64,000 nucleotides of DNA from Bacteroidales bacterium (GTDB lineage Bacteria > Bacteroidota > Bacteroidia > Bacteroidales > PUMT01). Where the stretch lies: positions 25,985-89,984 of the forward strand of contig SLPB01000028.1 in assembly GCA_007132225.1 (NCBI GenBank), given 5' to 3'. Below are positions 10,026 through 19,605 of the stretch, piece after piece. The notes under the pieces are model-generated. The model was not told where the DNA came from. It did not search any database and was given only the letters and a program-made list of their open reading frames with translations. The position numbers and the translations under genes are program-made. Numbering within the stretch: position 1 is the stretch's first letter; the number at the start of each line of letters is the position of its first letter.

Positions 10026-11105
10026 TTACTCACCAAATACATATCTTATGGAAAAAATATTTGAATACATCGATATGGTACGTGGAGAGATATTACTCAT
10101 GGCATAATCAAGGAAGAAGCTGCCAAGATGCAAACCAAGTCCGGCAGATGGATCTGCTAGCAGTCTCTTTTCACCGCCAAATTCGGTAATTCGTTGCAAA
10201 TTACCAAGCCCGGTCCGTAAAAAAACCAGGTTCCCGTAATTAACCTCCAGTCCCATAACGGGATCGGTTCCAATAAAACTGCTGCTCACCAGGGCAGCAG
10301 TTTTCCCCTCAAAAGAAAAAGAAATATTGATTTCCGTCAACAATGAAATCTTTTCAGATAGTGTGAACCCGCGTGCTGCACCAAGATGAAAACGAGGGAG
10401 TGTAAGCTCAAGCGAATTATCAGGTGGTTGGTTAAACAAAGAATCACCAACCTCAATTATCAATGCTTCCCCGTTGAACTGCCATGCATTGAATGTACTT
10501 GTAGCATCGCGCAATACTGCTCCCAATATCCAGTTATCAACTTTATATCTTACGGCCAGATCAACTCCGAATCCCCATGCATTTGCAAATTCACCCACCA
10601 TTCGTCTTATTATTTTGGCATTTCCTCCCAGATCAAGACCTTCTATGGCTGATGACCTTGAGTAGGAAAGTAAAAGCGCATAATCAGCAACTGAAAAGGA
10701 ACTTATCCTGTCATAATCCAAATTGCCGTCTGAATCTATGAGCTCAGTTGTATTTGGAATATCATCCACTCCAAAGCGCAGTAAAGATATCCCCAGAGCA
10801 CTTTTCTCATCAAGCCTGGTTCCGGCTCCCAGGTAATCAAATTTTGCAATCCCGGCGAAATATTGAGCATGCATCAGGCTGGCCTGATGGTTTCCATCCA
10901 GACTTGCCAGTCCGGCAGGATTCCAATAGGCTGCAGTAACATCATCAGCAGAGGCAATAAAAGCTTTACCCATACCAATCGATCTTGCTCCCACACCCAC
11001 ATTAAGAAATTCATTTGAATACTTGGCTGATTGTGTAAAAGCACTGACTGATATTATGCTCAATACCGCAAATACAGCATACCTCTTATTTTGGAATAAA
11101 ATCAA
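10026..11105 (-). CDS. PorV/PorQ-family outer-membrane beta-barrel protein (T9SS-associated family)
   Basis: Signal peptide, then NEFLNVGVGARSIGMGKAFIASADDVTAAYWNPAGLASL, which resembles the PorV/PorQ N-terminal signature. C-terminus is aromatic (IRYVFGE). The only start available is TTG at 11105. Confidence 0.55.
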   Translation of the reverse strand: MILFQNKRYAVFAVLSIISVSAFTQSAKYSNEFLNVGVGARSIGMGKAFIASADDVTAAYWNPAGLASLDGNHQASLMHAQYFAGIAKFDYLGAGTRLDEKSALGISLLRFGVDDIPNTTELIDSDGNLDYDRISSFSVADYALLLSYSRSSAIEGLDLGGNAKIIRRMVGEFANAWGFGVDLAVRYKVDNWILGAVLRDATSTFNAWQFNGEALIIEVGDSLFNQPPDNSLELTLPRFHLGAARGFTLSEKISLLTEINISFSFEGKTAALVSSSFIGTDPVMGLEVNYGNLVFLRTGLGNLQRITEFGGEKRLLADPSAGLGLHLGSFFLDYAMSNISPRTISMYSNIFSIRYVFGE

Positions 11106-11225
11106 TTGTATTGACGTGTTATATGAGATTATTGAACATGATTACCTGCAAACTATCATTTTTAACTTATTTTTGCAATAAATATTGCAAAAATGGCCTG
11201 ATATTCGGGCATAAACAATAAACTG

Positions 11226-11996
11226 ATGACCAGAAGCATGATAATATCACTTAAAAACAGTATCCCCAGTATACTTACCCTGCTTAACCTGTTTTCAGGC
11301 TGCATGGCTATTTTGCTTAGCTTTCATGACATAGCCCTTGCAGGTCTGATGGTTTTCCTGGCAGGTTTTTTTGATTTTGCCGACGGACTGGCAGCAAGAA
11401 TACTTGATGCTTATTCTGATTTTGGCAAAGAGCTTGATTCCCTTGCCGATATTGTAAGTTTTGGCGTAGCACCAGCATTTATTCTTTTTCATCTTATCCA
11501 TGCAACTCTGATCATAGAAAATCCGTGGTTCAGTCTTGATACAATAACAGCCCTGGAGACAATTATTCTTTTAAGTGCTTTCCTTCCAGTAATATTTTCT
11601 GCAATCCGGCTTGCCAGGTTTAACGTTATGGATAGCAAGGGAAATTTCTTCACAGGCCTTCCCACCCCGGCTGCAGGCATATTTTTTGCATCCCTTGGTT
11701 ATATCTTTTTTACAGAAGGCCAGGGATGGATAACTGATTCACTTTTTAACACCGTTGTTCTGGTGGCAATGAGCATTTGCATCTCATTACTGATGGTGAG
11801 CCCTGTACCAATGTTCACAATAAAATTTAAAAGGTTCGGACTAACCGGTAATCTGGTACGATACCTTTTTCTAATTCCCTCCTTGCTTTTTATGATTTTC
11901 TGGGGACTTAAGGCTGTGCCGGCAATAATTATATACTATATCTTACTGTCTGTGGCACTGGCACTTATTCCGGGAAAAAGGGTCATGGAAAAATAA
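11226..11996 (+). CDS. pssA: CDP-diacylglycerol--serine O-phosphatidyltransferase
   Basis: CDP-alcohol phosphatidyltransferase motif DFADGLAARILDAYSDFGKELDSLADIVSFGVAP; multi-pass membrane protein. Confidence 0.85.
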   Translation: MTRSMIISLKNSIPSILTLLNLFSGCMAILLSFHDIALAGLMVFLAGFFDFADGLAARILDAYSDFGKELDSLADIVSFGVAPAFILFHLIHATLIIENPWFSLDTITALETIILLSAFLPVIFSAIRLARFNVMDSKGNFFTGLPTPAAGIFFASLGYIFFTEGQGWITDSLFNTVVLVAMSICISLLMVSPVPMFTIKFKRFGLTGNLVRYLFLIPSLLFMIFWGLKAVPAIIIYYILLSVALALIPGKRVMEK

Positions 11997-12038
11997 CCCC
12001 CCGGCTATCCAGGTGAAATTTTCAATTATACGGCAGAA

Positions 12039-12332
12039 TCAGGGTGCATCTTCATCCTCGCTTCCGGAAATCTCATCCTGTATCCGGAGTGATTCGCGGT
12101 GAATAAGGTTTAAGAATTCCTCGGTAAACTTTTCTGACAGCCCGGCATTGATGGCATACTCTTTTCTTGAGGATAAAATTTTATCCCACCTGGAAGACTG
12201 CAACACGGAAATTCCCTGCCTCTCCTTTATCCTGCCAATATTTGAAGAATAAATAAATCTTTTGGCAAGCAGGTCGATAAGCTCTTTGTCGATCTGATCT
12301 ATTTTTTCACGGTGTTCTTCAATCCCGTTCAT
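12039..12332 (-). CDS. chorismate mutase (AroQ class)
   Basis: 97-aa helical protein with REKIDQIDKELIDLLAKRFIYSSNIGRIKE, typical of AroQ chorismate mutase. Confidence 0.78.
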   Translation of the reverse strand: MNGIEEHREKIDQIDKELIDLLAKRFIYSSNIGRIKERQGISVLQSSRWDKILSSRKEYAINAGLSEKFTEEFLNLIHRESLRIQDEISGSEDEDAP

Positions 12333-12385
12333 ATGTTTCTCATTTTTTTATTTGCAAAAATAAAAAAATTAACCCAATTATTTCC

Positions 12386-12423
12386 CCAAAAACAAAGAGC
12401 CCTGCAGGAAGCAGGGCTCTTTG
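12386..12423 (-). terminator. rho-independent terminator after the DUF4114 lipoprotein gene
   Basis: Perfect 13-bp stem: CAAAGAGCCCTGC (12393-12405) pairs with GCAGGGCTCTTTG (12411-12423), with a 5-nt loop. On the minus strand it is followed by TTTTTGGGG. Confidence 0.8.
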
Positions 12424-12439
12424 TTTAAAAAAATCAATA

Positions 12440-14419
12440 CTATCTCCTGGGCAACCCCTCAATATCAAATGCATCATTTACCTGGGTTCCAAATTCATCA
12501 TCTCCATTGGATACAACAAAGATCATATCGTTAAAATCCTCGTCACTTCCACTGCCCACTGTCCCCAGCTGATCCTCAAAACTAATGACAATGTCATTAC
12601 AGGTCTCTTCAAGGAAAAGGACATGCTTCTGAGCTCCCTCGGGATTAAATTGCTTGTCGGAATAGATATTGTGTATTCCTTTCACCATCTTTTCCTGACC
12701 GGGATCCCAGCCTTTGGCAACCAGGAAAAAACCGATCACCGTATTGGCATTAAATTCAACTGTAGGACCGCCTAACCTTACCCTGTCTCCAGGTGCCAGC
12801 TTATCGTCCCCGTGATTTTTTGCATCGGGAAAAATAATATTCAGCTGAAGCTCCTCTGCAGAGGCAGGTGGATTGTCAGCATCGTATGTATAGTATCCAA
12901 AGGAATTGTCCCAACCCGCACCATTATGAACAAAACTAATAAAGACGGGAGCCTTTTCCTTAAGCCTCAAAGTACCCGGAACCTCACCAATAAGATCTGC
13001 CTGGGGTCCCTCATGAATACTGGCTCTTTCCGGGAACAAACTCTTAATCTTGTCATAAAGTGTTTCACAGGGTATTGTAGGCTCTGGATCTACATCATCC
13101 ACAGGGAGGTCACCACTGCCCGGGTCATAATGCACAATTTCAATAATCTTGAGTCCACCCAAACCGGTTGCAACAAAAACCTTATTATCAAAAGACTCAA
13201 TAAAGTTAGCCGATGAGCCTTGTTCAAACATCATCCTGCCCACGGTAACAATCTCATTTTCGCCTGCAAGTTGTGCTACATGAACCCCGGAGCCTCCATT
13301 TGCAATAAACACCAGATCATCATTCACTGACACTCCGTTGGAAACATAATTATGGGGATTGGCATCATCCAAAATTTCCGGGCGCTCCAGATAGCCGATT
13401 AAAGTTCCGGAATTTATATCATACATCTTCATACCACCATCTCCAAGGGCAACAAATACAAAATCATCCTTTATCCTAACTATTGACTTGGCTTCGGGAT
13501 AACTTGCCCCGCCTGTATTAATGACAGCAACTTCACTGATTTGAACATCTTCAGGGTTGCCGGTAACCGAAACATCCATTATATGGAGGTTGCCCCCGTC
13601 AGCGCTAAAAACAGCTACCCTGGAGCCATCAATATCAACTGACCGGGCAAAATCTATAGCTTCAAACCCAAGCAGGTTTAAACCAGTGCCTAAAATGCTT
13701 AGTCCCCCGCTGGAACCTGAGGTAGCATATACTGTACCGTCTTTGTAACGTACATCATTGCCTGCAAATCCCGGAAGATCATAATGCTGACGGCCGTCTT
13801 CAATATGCATGAACTCATTTCGATCATTAAGATTATATTTTTCAATTACAGCAGATGAATTGAGTCCGAGTTTATCTGATGGTCCCATCTCCTGGGCTCC
13901 GGTTAAATAAACAAAATGATTTCTCCCGGCACTCCCCAGTTTCTCAACATCAACGGAACTGATATCCCTTGAGGGGAAAATTGCATTATTTATAAGCTCC
14001 GGATTTGATATATCGGATATGTCAAAAATATCAAGTCCGCCAAGGTACTTATCTCCCTTAACATTATAAGTAACAAAAGCATAATCACCTGCAATTTTAA
14101 TATGTGAAGCCTGCAGAGCAGTTCCATTCTCAGAGACGGGAGGAGACACCTCTGCACGAAGCTTCAGTATATAGTTACTGGAAACCGCTGTGCTTTTAGT
14201 TCTTTTGGTGCTTTTAATCCTGAAATTATCTTCCACGGGATAAATAGATATGACATGATCATCGGGTGCTTTACTAACTCTTTTGTTAAGATCCGACAAG
14301 TTATTGTTTACAATCATATCATCCTGCTGAATCCTGTCCTCTATAGGATCTTTCTCACAGGATGCCAGCATAAAGGCGAACACTGCGGTTACAAATAGCA
14401 AGAGTCTGAATTTATTCAT
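12440..14419 (-). CDS. lipoprotein with a beta-propeller-like (LVIVD-type) repeat region and a C-terminal DUF4114 domain
   Basis: Lipobox FMLASC. Repeated ...GG(L/M)(K/D)I(F/Y/I)D(I/V)S... strands. C-terminal signature SGSDEDFNDMIFVVSNG is typical of DUF4114. Confidence 0.55.
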   Translation of the reverse strand: MNKFRLLLFVTAVFAFMLASCEKDPIEDRIQQDDMIVNNNLSDLNKRVSKAPDDHVISIYPVEDNFRIKSTKRTKSTAVSSNYILKLRAEVSPPVSENGTALQASHIKIAGDYAFVTYNVKGDKYLGGLDIFDISDISNPELINNAIFPSRDISSVDVEKLGSAGRNHFVYLTGAQEMGPSDKLGLNSSAVIEKYNLNDRNEFMHIEDGRQHYDLPGFAGNDVRYKDGTVYATSGSSGGLSILGTGLNLLGFEAIDFARSVDIDGSRVAVFSADGGNLHIMDVSVTGNPEDVQISEVAVINTGGASYPEAKSIVRIKDDFVFVALGDGGMKMYDINSGTLIGYLERPEILDDANPHNYVSNGVSVNDDLVFIANGGSGVHVAQLAGENEIVTVGRMMFEQGSSANFIESFDNKVFVATGLGGLKIIEIVHYDPGSGDLPVDDVDPEPTIPCETLYDKIKSLFPERASIHEGPQADLIGEVPGTLRLKEKAPVFISFVHNGAGWDNSFGYYTYDADNPPASAEELQLNIIFPDAKNHGDDKLAPGDRVRLGGPTVEFNANTVIGFFLVAKGWDPGQEKMVKGIHNIYSDKQFNPEGAQKHVLFLEETCNDIVISFEDQLGTVGSGSDEDFNDMIFVVSNGDDEFGTQVNDAFDIEGLPRR

Positions 14420-14611
14420 AATTACATTAATTTTTTATTTAAAAAACTTTTAAACTACCTGGGAAAGTACAAAGTACTTACAATCTTTTTGCTTATTACG
14501 AAAGCAGAGTAAGAAATGTTAAGTTAATTTGACGAACTGACTGAAAATTTACACTAAAGGCACTTTTTTTTTGAAATACCAGATGATTATTGCCAGTTGT
14601 ATGACTTATGC

Positions 14612-14619
14612 CAAATATA
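14612..14619 (-). promoter_or_regulatory. candidate -7 box (TATATTTG) upstream of the DUF4114 lipoprotein gene
   Basis: The plus strand reads CAAATATA. It implies a roughly 185-nt leader containing a T9/A9 tract (14564-14572). Confidence 0.3.
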
Positions 14620-14705
14620 TAAATGACTCACCATTGCCTTTTTAACTACCAACCAGGAGTTTGCTACAAAAGGATATACTGCAACCGGTAAATTGGATCA
14701 GTATA

Positions 14706-15329
14706 TTAATTATAGAAGACATGTACAAAACCGTTTTTATTGTAAAGCGGCTCCTCAGAGGTTATCACATAAAAATAAACACCTGGCTTTACAAGGACCC
14801 CTGAAGGAGTTCTGCCATCCCAGTTTATAAGGGGAGAAGTGTGGTTGTAAACAACATTGCCCGCACGGTCAAATATAGTAATGGTAAGAGGGGTGGCACC
14901 ATCAGACCTTATAATAAAATAATCATTATCACCGTCACCATCGGGTGTAAAGACATTTGGAACCTCAAAAGAGTCATGGACTGTAACAGTTTCCGGAGGG
15001 AATGTAGTATGTGAATCCGACGGATCGGTAAGGCTTGTTACTGTGAGAACTACTTCATAGGTGCCGGGAGAGGAATACTGATGCATCTCCACCGGCAGTG
15101 ACCCGGCACTGCCGTCACCGAAATCCCATTCAAAACGATAGTTTTGGGTATCCTCCTGGGTAAAACTAACCTCAGATCCTGTTCCTGTAGTATAATGACT
15201 TTTAAAGATGACACGTAAAGAGGCAATATCATCTGTCTCGTGTGTAAAGAATATGTCATTAATCTGCGCTTTCAGGCTTAATCCTTGAAAGACAATTAAA
15301 TACAAAAGCGCTGTTATAAGAAGTTTCAT
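14706..15329 (-). CDS. secreted PKD-domain protein with a T9SS type-B (gliding-motility-associated) C-terminal sorting domain
   Basis: Signal peptide MKLLITALLYLIVFQGLSLKAQ starts from the ATG at 15329 (the track start at 15365 is TTG). PKD core is FEWDFGDGSAGS...HQYSSPGTYEVVLTV. CTD is VPNVFTPDGDGDNDYFII...WDGRT..G..V.PGVYFYVI. Confidence 0.75.
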   Translation of the reverse strand: MKLLITALLYLIVFQGLSLKAQINDIFFTHETDDIASLRVIFKSHYTTGTGSEVSFTQEDTQNYRFEWDFGDGSAGSLPVEMHQYSSPGTYEVVLTVTSLTDPSDSHTTFPPETVTVHDSFEVPNVFTPDGDGDNDYFIIRSDGATPLTITIFDRAGNVVYNHTSPLINWDGRTPSGVLVKPGVYFYVITSEEPLYNKNGFVHVFYN

Positions 15330-15361
15330 GGTCAGTATAATTTTTGTGGCGACATAATATA

Positions 15362-16486
15362 TCAAATTTTTTCAGTTAGGCGTTTAACAAGCTTAAAATT
15401 ATTGAAAAACTCCTTGGCAAAAACTCTTAATACGGTGTAAGCAGGTATTGCCAGAAACATTCCCAGTATACCTGCCGTGCTGCCGGCTATCATCAGAACA
15501 AGAAAAATCTCCATAGGGTGCGCATGAACACTGCTGGCATATATAAGGGGCTGGAAAGCCATATTGTCTATTAACTGAACACTCCCAAACACTATAAGCA
15601 TATACCCAAGCAAGGGAAGCATTTCAGTATAGAATGACAATTCGAGATGTGTTACTATGCCTAGGGAAATGCCAAGTGCGGCTCCGATAACCGGCCCTAT
15701 ATAAGGTATCACGTTAAAAACTCCGACAAGCAGTCCAATCACCAGGGCATTGTTAAATTTTATACCTGCAATCAGCATACCTATTGTAATAAGTATTATT
15801 ATACATGTAACCTGTAGAAGTATTCCTATAAAGTAGCGCATCAGCAGATACCTGATCGATGACATGGCATGTTTTACTGCACGTTCATGCTCAGTGGGAA
15901 CAAAAATAAGAACCCCTTCCAGAAAAAGCCGGTCATCCTTGAGAAAGAAAAAAGTCATGAAGGAGATGGCAAATGCTGCAATGAAAATATTTCCGAGTAA
16001 CATGGCAAGGGAGCTGAATATACCGGTAAAAAATTCAATACTGAGAACCGAATTAAGTTTATCTGAAACAAACTCGGTAATACTCATATCACGAAAGGCA
16101 ACCAGCTCAAGCCTGTGCATAAAAGCCTCAAGCTGCTGAATAGGTTCATCAAGATTACTGATTACTGCATCGGCATTTATGTTGGCAAGCTCACTTGCCT
16201 GGAAGGCTATGATTGGAATAAATATCCGGAAAAAGAGCAGCACGATCCCCCACAACATTAAGAGGCCCAGCAGGGCACTCAGAGCACGGGGCACCCTTAT
16301 TTTTTTATACTTAAGCCGGTCAAGAAGATCAACAACAGGTCGCCCTATAAGTGAAAGCACAAAACTAACCAGGATATAGAAGATAAGTGTTCTTAAGTGC
16401 CATAAAATAAATATAATGACAGCCGCTCCCAGGGCTATGGCTATATATTTACCCGCTCCGCTGATTCTATCCTGTTTCTGATTCAA
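15362..16486 (-). CDS. AI-2E family transporter (PerM/UPF0118)
   Basis: Eight-TM pattern with the conserved C-terminal region NVIPYIGPVIGA...AFQPLIY...HPMEIFLVLMIAG..GILGMFLAIP. TTG start. Confidence 0.8.
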   Translation of the reverse strand: MNQKQDRISGAGKYIAIALGAAVIIFILWHLRTLIFYILVSFVLSLIGRPVVDLLDRLKYKKIRVPRALSALLGLLMLWGIVLLFFRIFIPIIAFQASELANINADAVISNLDEPIQQLEAFMHRLELVAFRDMSITEFVSDKLNSVLSIEFFTGIFSSLAMLLGNIFIAAFAISFMTFFFLKDDRLFLEGVLIFVPTEHERAVKHAMSSIRYLLMRYFIGILLQVTCIIILITIGMLIAGIKFNNALVIGLLVGVFNVIPYIGPVIGAALGISLGIVTHLELSFYTEMLPLLGYMLIVFGSVQLIDNMAFQPLIYASSVHAHPMEIFLVLMIAGSTAGILGMFLAIPAYTVLRVFAKEFFNNFKLVKRLTEKI

Positions 16487-16614
16487 TTCAGTTCATTTAC
16501 CCGGAATTAATAACCCGGCCATTTACCAATTATCTTACTAAGCCTTATCCTGTATGAAGCAAAAATAAGCATTTTGCTAACAATACCTTAACCAGGCCAT
16601 AAAATCATTATTAA

Positions 16615-17613
16615 ATGACCCCATATTTTTTAAGTGCTTTGATTATCTTCGTGGCCTGTATAAATAACGGATTAATGATACAATCACATCCGGGAGAGCT
16701 GGCTGCCCTGATAGCTGCGATTTTCTGGACATTTACCGCCCTTGCATTTGAATCAGCAGGGAAGAAGATCGGTTCAATAACAGTGAACCTGCTCAGGCTT
16801 TTCATGGCCTTTATATTTCTGGGCATCTTCACCTGGTTCAGCAGGGGACACTTCTTTCCCACAGGTGCAACTACCCATAACTGGATATGGCTGTCATTGT
16901 CGGGAATGGTGGGATTTGTCCTGGGCGACCTGTTTCTTTTCAGGGCCTATATCGTTGTAGGAGCCCGCATCTCGATGCTTATTATGTCACTTGCTCCTCC
17001 AATAGCTGCAGTTGTGGGCTGGATGATAATGGGTGAAACCATGTCACCCAGAAGCCTTGCCGGTATGGCAGTTACCTTCTCAGGAATTGCAATGGTCGTA
17101 CTTACAAGAGATAAAGATGATCTTCCACCCATACCGGGGTATCCCAGAGAGAAACCCAAAAAAACCAGTTTCAGGTTTTCATACCCGATTGCAGGTTTGC
17201 TGCTGGCCTTTGGCGGAGCTGCGGGACAGGCGACCGGACTGGTGCTGAGCAAATATGGCATGGAAGGATATGATGCCTTTGCAGCAACCCAGATCCGCGT
17301 TATCACAGGTTTTTTTGGTTTTATGGTTATTTACACCATGCTTGGGCGCTGGAACAGGCTCATGCCAGCACTTAAAAACAGGCCGGCAATGAAAAGCCTT
17401 ACCACGGGGGCATTTTTCGGCCCGTTCCTGGGAGTCTCTTTCTCACTGCTGGCAGTCAAGTTCACTTCATCCGGTATTGCAGCCACCATCATGAGCATAG
17501 TCCCCGTTCTTATTATCCCCTTCTCGGTAATAATGTTCAAAGAAAAAATAACCCCCAGGGAAGTCCTGGGGGCATTTGTTGCTATTGCAGGGGTTGCACT
17601 GTTTTTTTTATGA
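16615..17613 (+). CDS. EamA/DMT-superfamily transporter
   Basis: Two EamA-like five-TM halves separated by a charged loop (TRDKDDLPPIPGYPREKPKK). Confidence 0.78.
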   Translation: MTPYFLSALIIFVACINNGLMIQSHPGELAALIAAIFWTFTALAFESAGKKIGSITVNLLRLFMAFIFLGIFTWFSRGHFFPTGATTHNWIWLSLSGMVGFVLGDLFLFRAYIVVGARISMLIMSLAPPIAAVVGWMIMGETMSPRSLAGMAVTFSGIAMVVLTRDKDDLPPIPGYPREKPKKTSFRFSYPIAGLLLAFGGAAGQATGLVLSKYGMEGYDAFAATQIRVITGFFGFMVIYTMLGRWNRLMPALKNRPAMKSLTTGAFFGPFLGVSFSLLAVKFTSSGIAATIMSIVPVLIIPFSVIMFKEKITPREVLGAFVAIAGVALFFL

Positions 17614-17682
17614 GGGTTAATTCAGCATTGCATATAGATTACCAGGGATAACTATTACCATGCCCCCTTAATCTGGGATAGG

Positions 17683-18900
17683 TCAGGTTCCACTATTTAT
17701 CATCTGCCGGCCAAATTTCCGGCCGAACTCCTTTAGTTCCTCGATTTTTTCAGCATGGGGATAAAACTTGCCTGCAAAACCACCTTCTACCACCTTCATT
17801 TTTAGTGCCTTTAGATTGGCTTCAATAATATCCACCGCCTCACCGCTCCATCCGTAGGACCCGAAGGATGCTGCAAGTTTGCCCTTGTCCCTTATAGGAT
17901 TTATAAGGGCAAAAAGCTTGTAAACGGGAAGAAGTGTATTTTGATTAATTGTTGGCGATCCAACAAGCAGCGCATTGCAACGTGTAAGCAAGGAATCAAT
18001 ATCGCCAAGGGCCATGGTTTCAACATCAGCAGTTTCTACTCTGATATTATTATCGGCCTCACTTATGCCGGCGGCAATATAATCTGCCATTTGTTTTGTA
18101 TATCCATAGGCAGAAACATAGGTGAGTAAAACATGTTTTAGTTCCGGCTGAGAACTGTCAAGATACTCCCTGGCATATTGCTGCGAAAGGTCAACATATT
18201 TCTTCCAGTCCGAGCGGAGAATGGGACCGTGACCGGTGGCTATAACAGAAATATCAAGAGGTTTTATCTTTTCAATGGCCTTCAGCATAAACTTACTGTA
18301 AGGTTTGAGTATTACATCAAAATAGTATTTAAAGGAGTCGTCGTAATTATCAACCAGGTCATCAAACATCTCCTCAGTACAAAAATGCGCACCGAACGAA
18401 TCGCAGGTAAACAGAACCCTATCCTCAACCAGCCAAGTATACATTGTATCAGGCCAGTGAAGGTTGGGGGCAGAAATGAACTTAAGGGTCTTGTTGCCCA
18501 GATCAAGGGTGTCTCCGTCCTTAACTTTCATGCTTTTAAAGGGTATTGAGACTATATCCTCCAGGTAACGAAGTGCATTGCCGCTGCCGACCACAGTGGC
18601 ATTGGGAGCCAGCCTGAGAAGATTCTCCAGGTTGCCGGAATGATCAGGTTCGGTATGATCGAGTATGATATACTCAATTTCTGAAGGTTCTGTAACCTCC
18701 CTGATCTTTTCAAGCCATGTATCCCAGAATTTTATCTTGGTGGTTTCGATTATGGCTTTCTTTTCTGCATTGATAAAATAGGAATTGTAGGTTGTACCGT
18801 ATTTGGTCTCCATCACAATGTCAAATGTCACAATATCGTAATCAAGAATTCCAATCCATTTGACATCGGGGGTCACATCAAGTATTTTATTATCCGTCAT
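17683..18900 (-). CDS. fprA: FprA-type flavodiiron protein (metallo-beta-lactamase-like domain plus flavodoxin domain)
   Basis: Di-iron ligand motif [13 protein letters not shown]-terminal flavodoxin-like region [15 protein letters not shown]...[11 protein letters not shown]...[10 protein letters not shown]. Confidence 0.88.
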   Translation of the reverse strand: MTDNKILDVTPDVKWIGILDYDIVTFDIVMETKYGTTYNSYFINAEKKAIIETTKIKFWDTWLEKIREVTEPSEIEYIILDHTEPDHSGNLENLLRLAPNATVVGSGNALRYLEDIVSIPFKSMKVKDGDTLDLGNKTLKFISAPNLHWPDTMYTWLVEDRVLFTCDSFGAHFCTEEMFDDLVDNYDDSFKYYFDVILKPYSKFMLKAIEKIKPLDISVIATGHGPILRSDWKKYVDLSQQYAREYLDSSQPELKHVLLTYVSAYGYTKQMADYIAAGISEADNNIRVETADVETMALGDIDSLLTRCNALLVGSPTINQNTLLPVYKLFALINPIRDKGKLAASFGSYGWSGEAVDIIEANLKALKMKVVEGGFAGKFYPHAEKIEELKEFGRKFGRQMINSGT

Positions 18901-18961
18901 AGTTAAATTATTAAAATTTCTACGGCATCAGACCAAACGAAAAGCTGTTTATACTATTACC

Positions 18962-18977
18962 GTGCAGGATCCTGCAC
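18962..18977. promoter_or_regulatory. perfect 16-bp palindrome GTGCAGGATCCTGCAC on the predicted fprA transcription start
   Basis: Read directly from the sequence. It lies 2 nt downstream (minus-strand sense) of the -7 box at 18980-18987 and 62-77 nt upstream of the fprA ATG. Confidence 0.5.
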
Positions 18978-18979
18978 TG

Positions 18980-18987
18980 CAAAAGTA
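18980..18987 (-). promoter_or_regulatory. candidate -7 box (TACTTTTG) for fprA
   Basis: The plus strand reads CAAAAGTA, an exact TAnnTTTG match on the minus strand. Confidence 0.45.
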
Positions 18988-19000
18988 ACAAATAGAGGAC

Positions 19001-19032
19001 AAAAAAAAACTCCCTGATGAGAGCTTTTTTTT
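19001..19032 (-). terminator. A/T-flanked hairpin after the Cys-repeat protein gene
   Basis: A9 (19001-19009), CTCCCTGATGAGAGC, then T8 (19025-19032). The stem is mostly A:U pairs, so this is weak. Confidence 0.3.
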
Positions 19033-19114
19033 ATAAACCGGTAAATCTAATATTACTATTCAACCATAATGCCTGCAGTATTAAATATACAGGCAGCAGC
19101 TTTATGTTCTGACT

Positions 19115-19567
19115 CTAGTTGTTCTCAGCAATTCTTTCTTTATCTGTTTTTTCACTACTGCAATTTCCCGATGCAACAGCTACAGGAGTAGCCACCGAAT
19201 TTCCGGTTTTTGAACAGCAGTCCGAAGATTTCTCAGCAGAGGCTGTCCGGGTTACCTTACCCGATACACCGCAGTCCGAAGATTTCTCAGCAGAGGCTGT
19301 CCGGGTTACCTTACCCGATACACCGCAGTCCGAAGATTTCTCAGAAGAGACAGCTCGTGCTGATTCATGTGATGAACTGCAATCTGAAGATTTTTTAGTG
19401 CCGGAGGTTAAAACAGCGTTTATACCTGAACCGCAATCACCGGCAGCGGCAACAGTTGAACATTCGGATTTATTTTTATCGGTTTCCTTTTCCTCTGGCG
19501 AATTAAAAGAAAAAGCTAAAACACCAGTAAATGTAAATATTGTAAGAAGCGCAAATAATTTTTTCAT
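19115..19567 (-). CDS. small secreted protein with tandem (E)KSSDC-containing 18-aa repeats
   Basis: Signal peptide MKKLFALLTIFTFTGVLAFS. KSSDC occurs four times, including two identical units SSDCGVSGKVTRTASAEK. It has its own -7 box at 19606-19613. I recognise no family. Confidence 0.5.
   Translation of the reverse strand: MKKLFALLTIFTFTGVLAFSFNSPEEKETDKNKSECSTVAAAGDCGSGINAVLTSGTKKSSDCSSSHESARAVSSEKSSDCGVSGKVTRTASAEKSSDCGVSGKVTRTASAEKSSDCCSKTGNSVATPVAVASGNCSSEKTDKERIAENN
19217..19394. repeat. 54-bp tandem repeat: two identical copies plus two degenerate copies
   Basis: Units at 19217-19270 and 19271-19324 are identical. The copy starting at 19325 shares the first 20 nt, and the copy starting at 19379 matches 13 of the first 16 nt. 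The repeat is in frame (18 codons). Confidence 0.9.
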
Positions 19568-19605
19568 ACCCGGTTAATTTAAGTTTATGTTATTTTTATT
19601 TAGAC

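Noticed and set aside
19217-19394. Regularly spaced 54-bp repeats, considered as a possible CRISPR-like array.
   Set aside because: The units are directly adjacent with no spacers. They are in frame within a protein-coding ORF and no cas genes are present, so this is a coding tandem repeat.
19119-19577. A 152-aa plus-strand ORF that mirrors almost exactly the minus-strand Cys-repeat ORF.
   Set aside because: It has no signal peptide or recognisable motif, and it lacks a TAnnTTTG box or terminator in the correct orientation. The minus-strand ORF has a signal peptide, a promoter and a terminator. An open antisense frame is expected in a Ser/Ala/Glu-rich repeat. I mention it in the findings only as something for strand-specific RNA-seq to settle.
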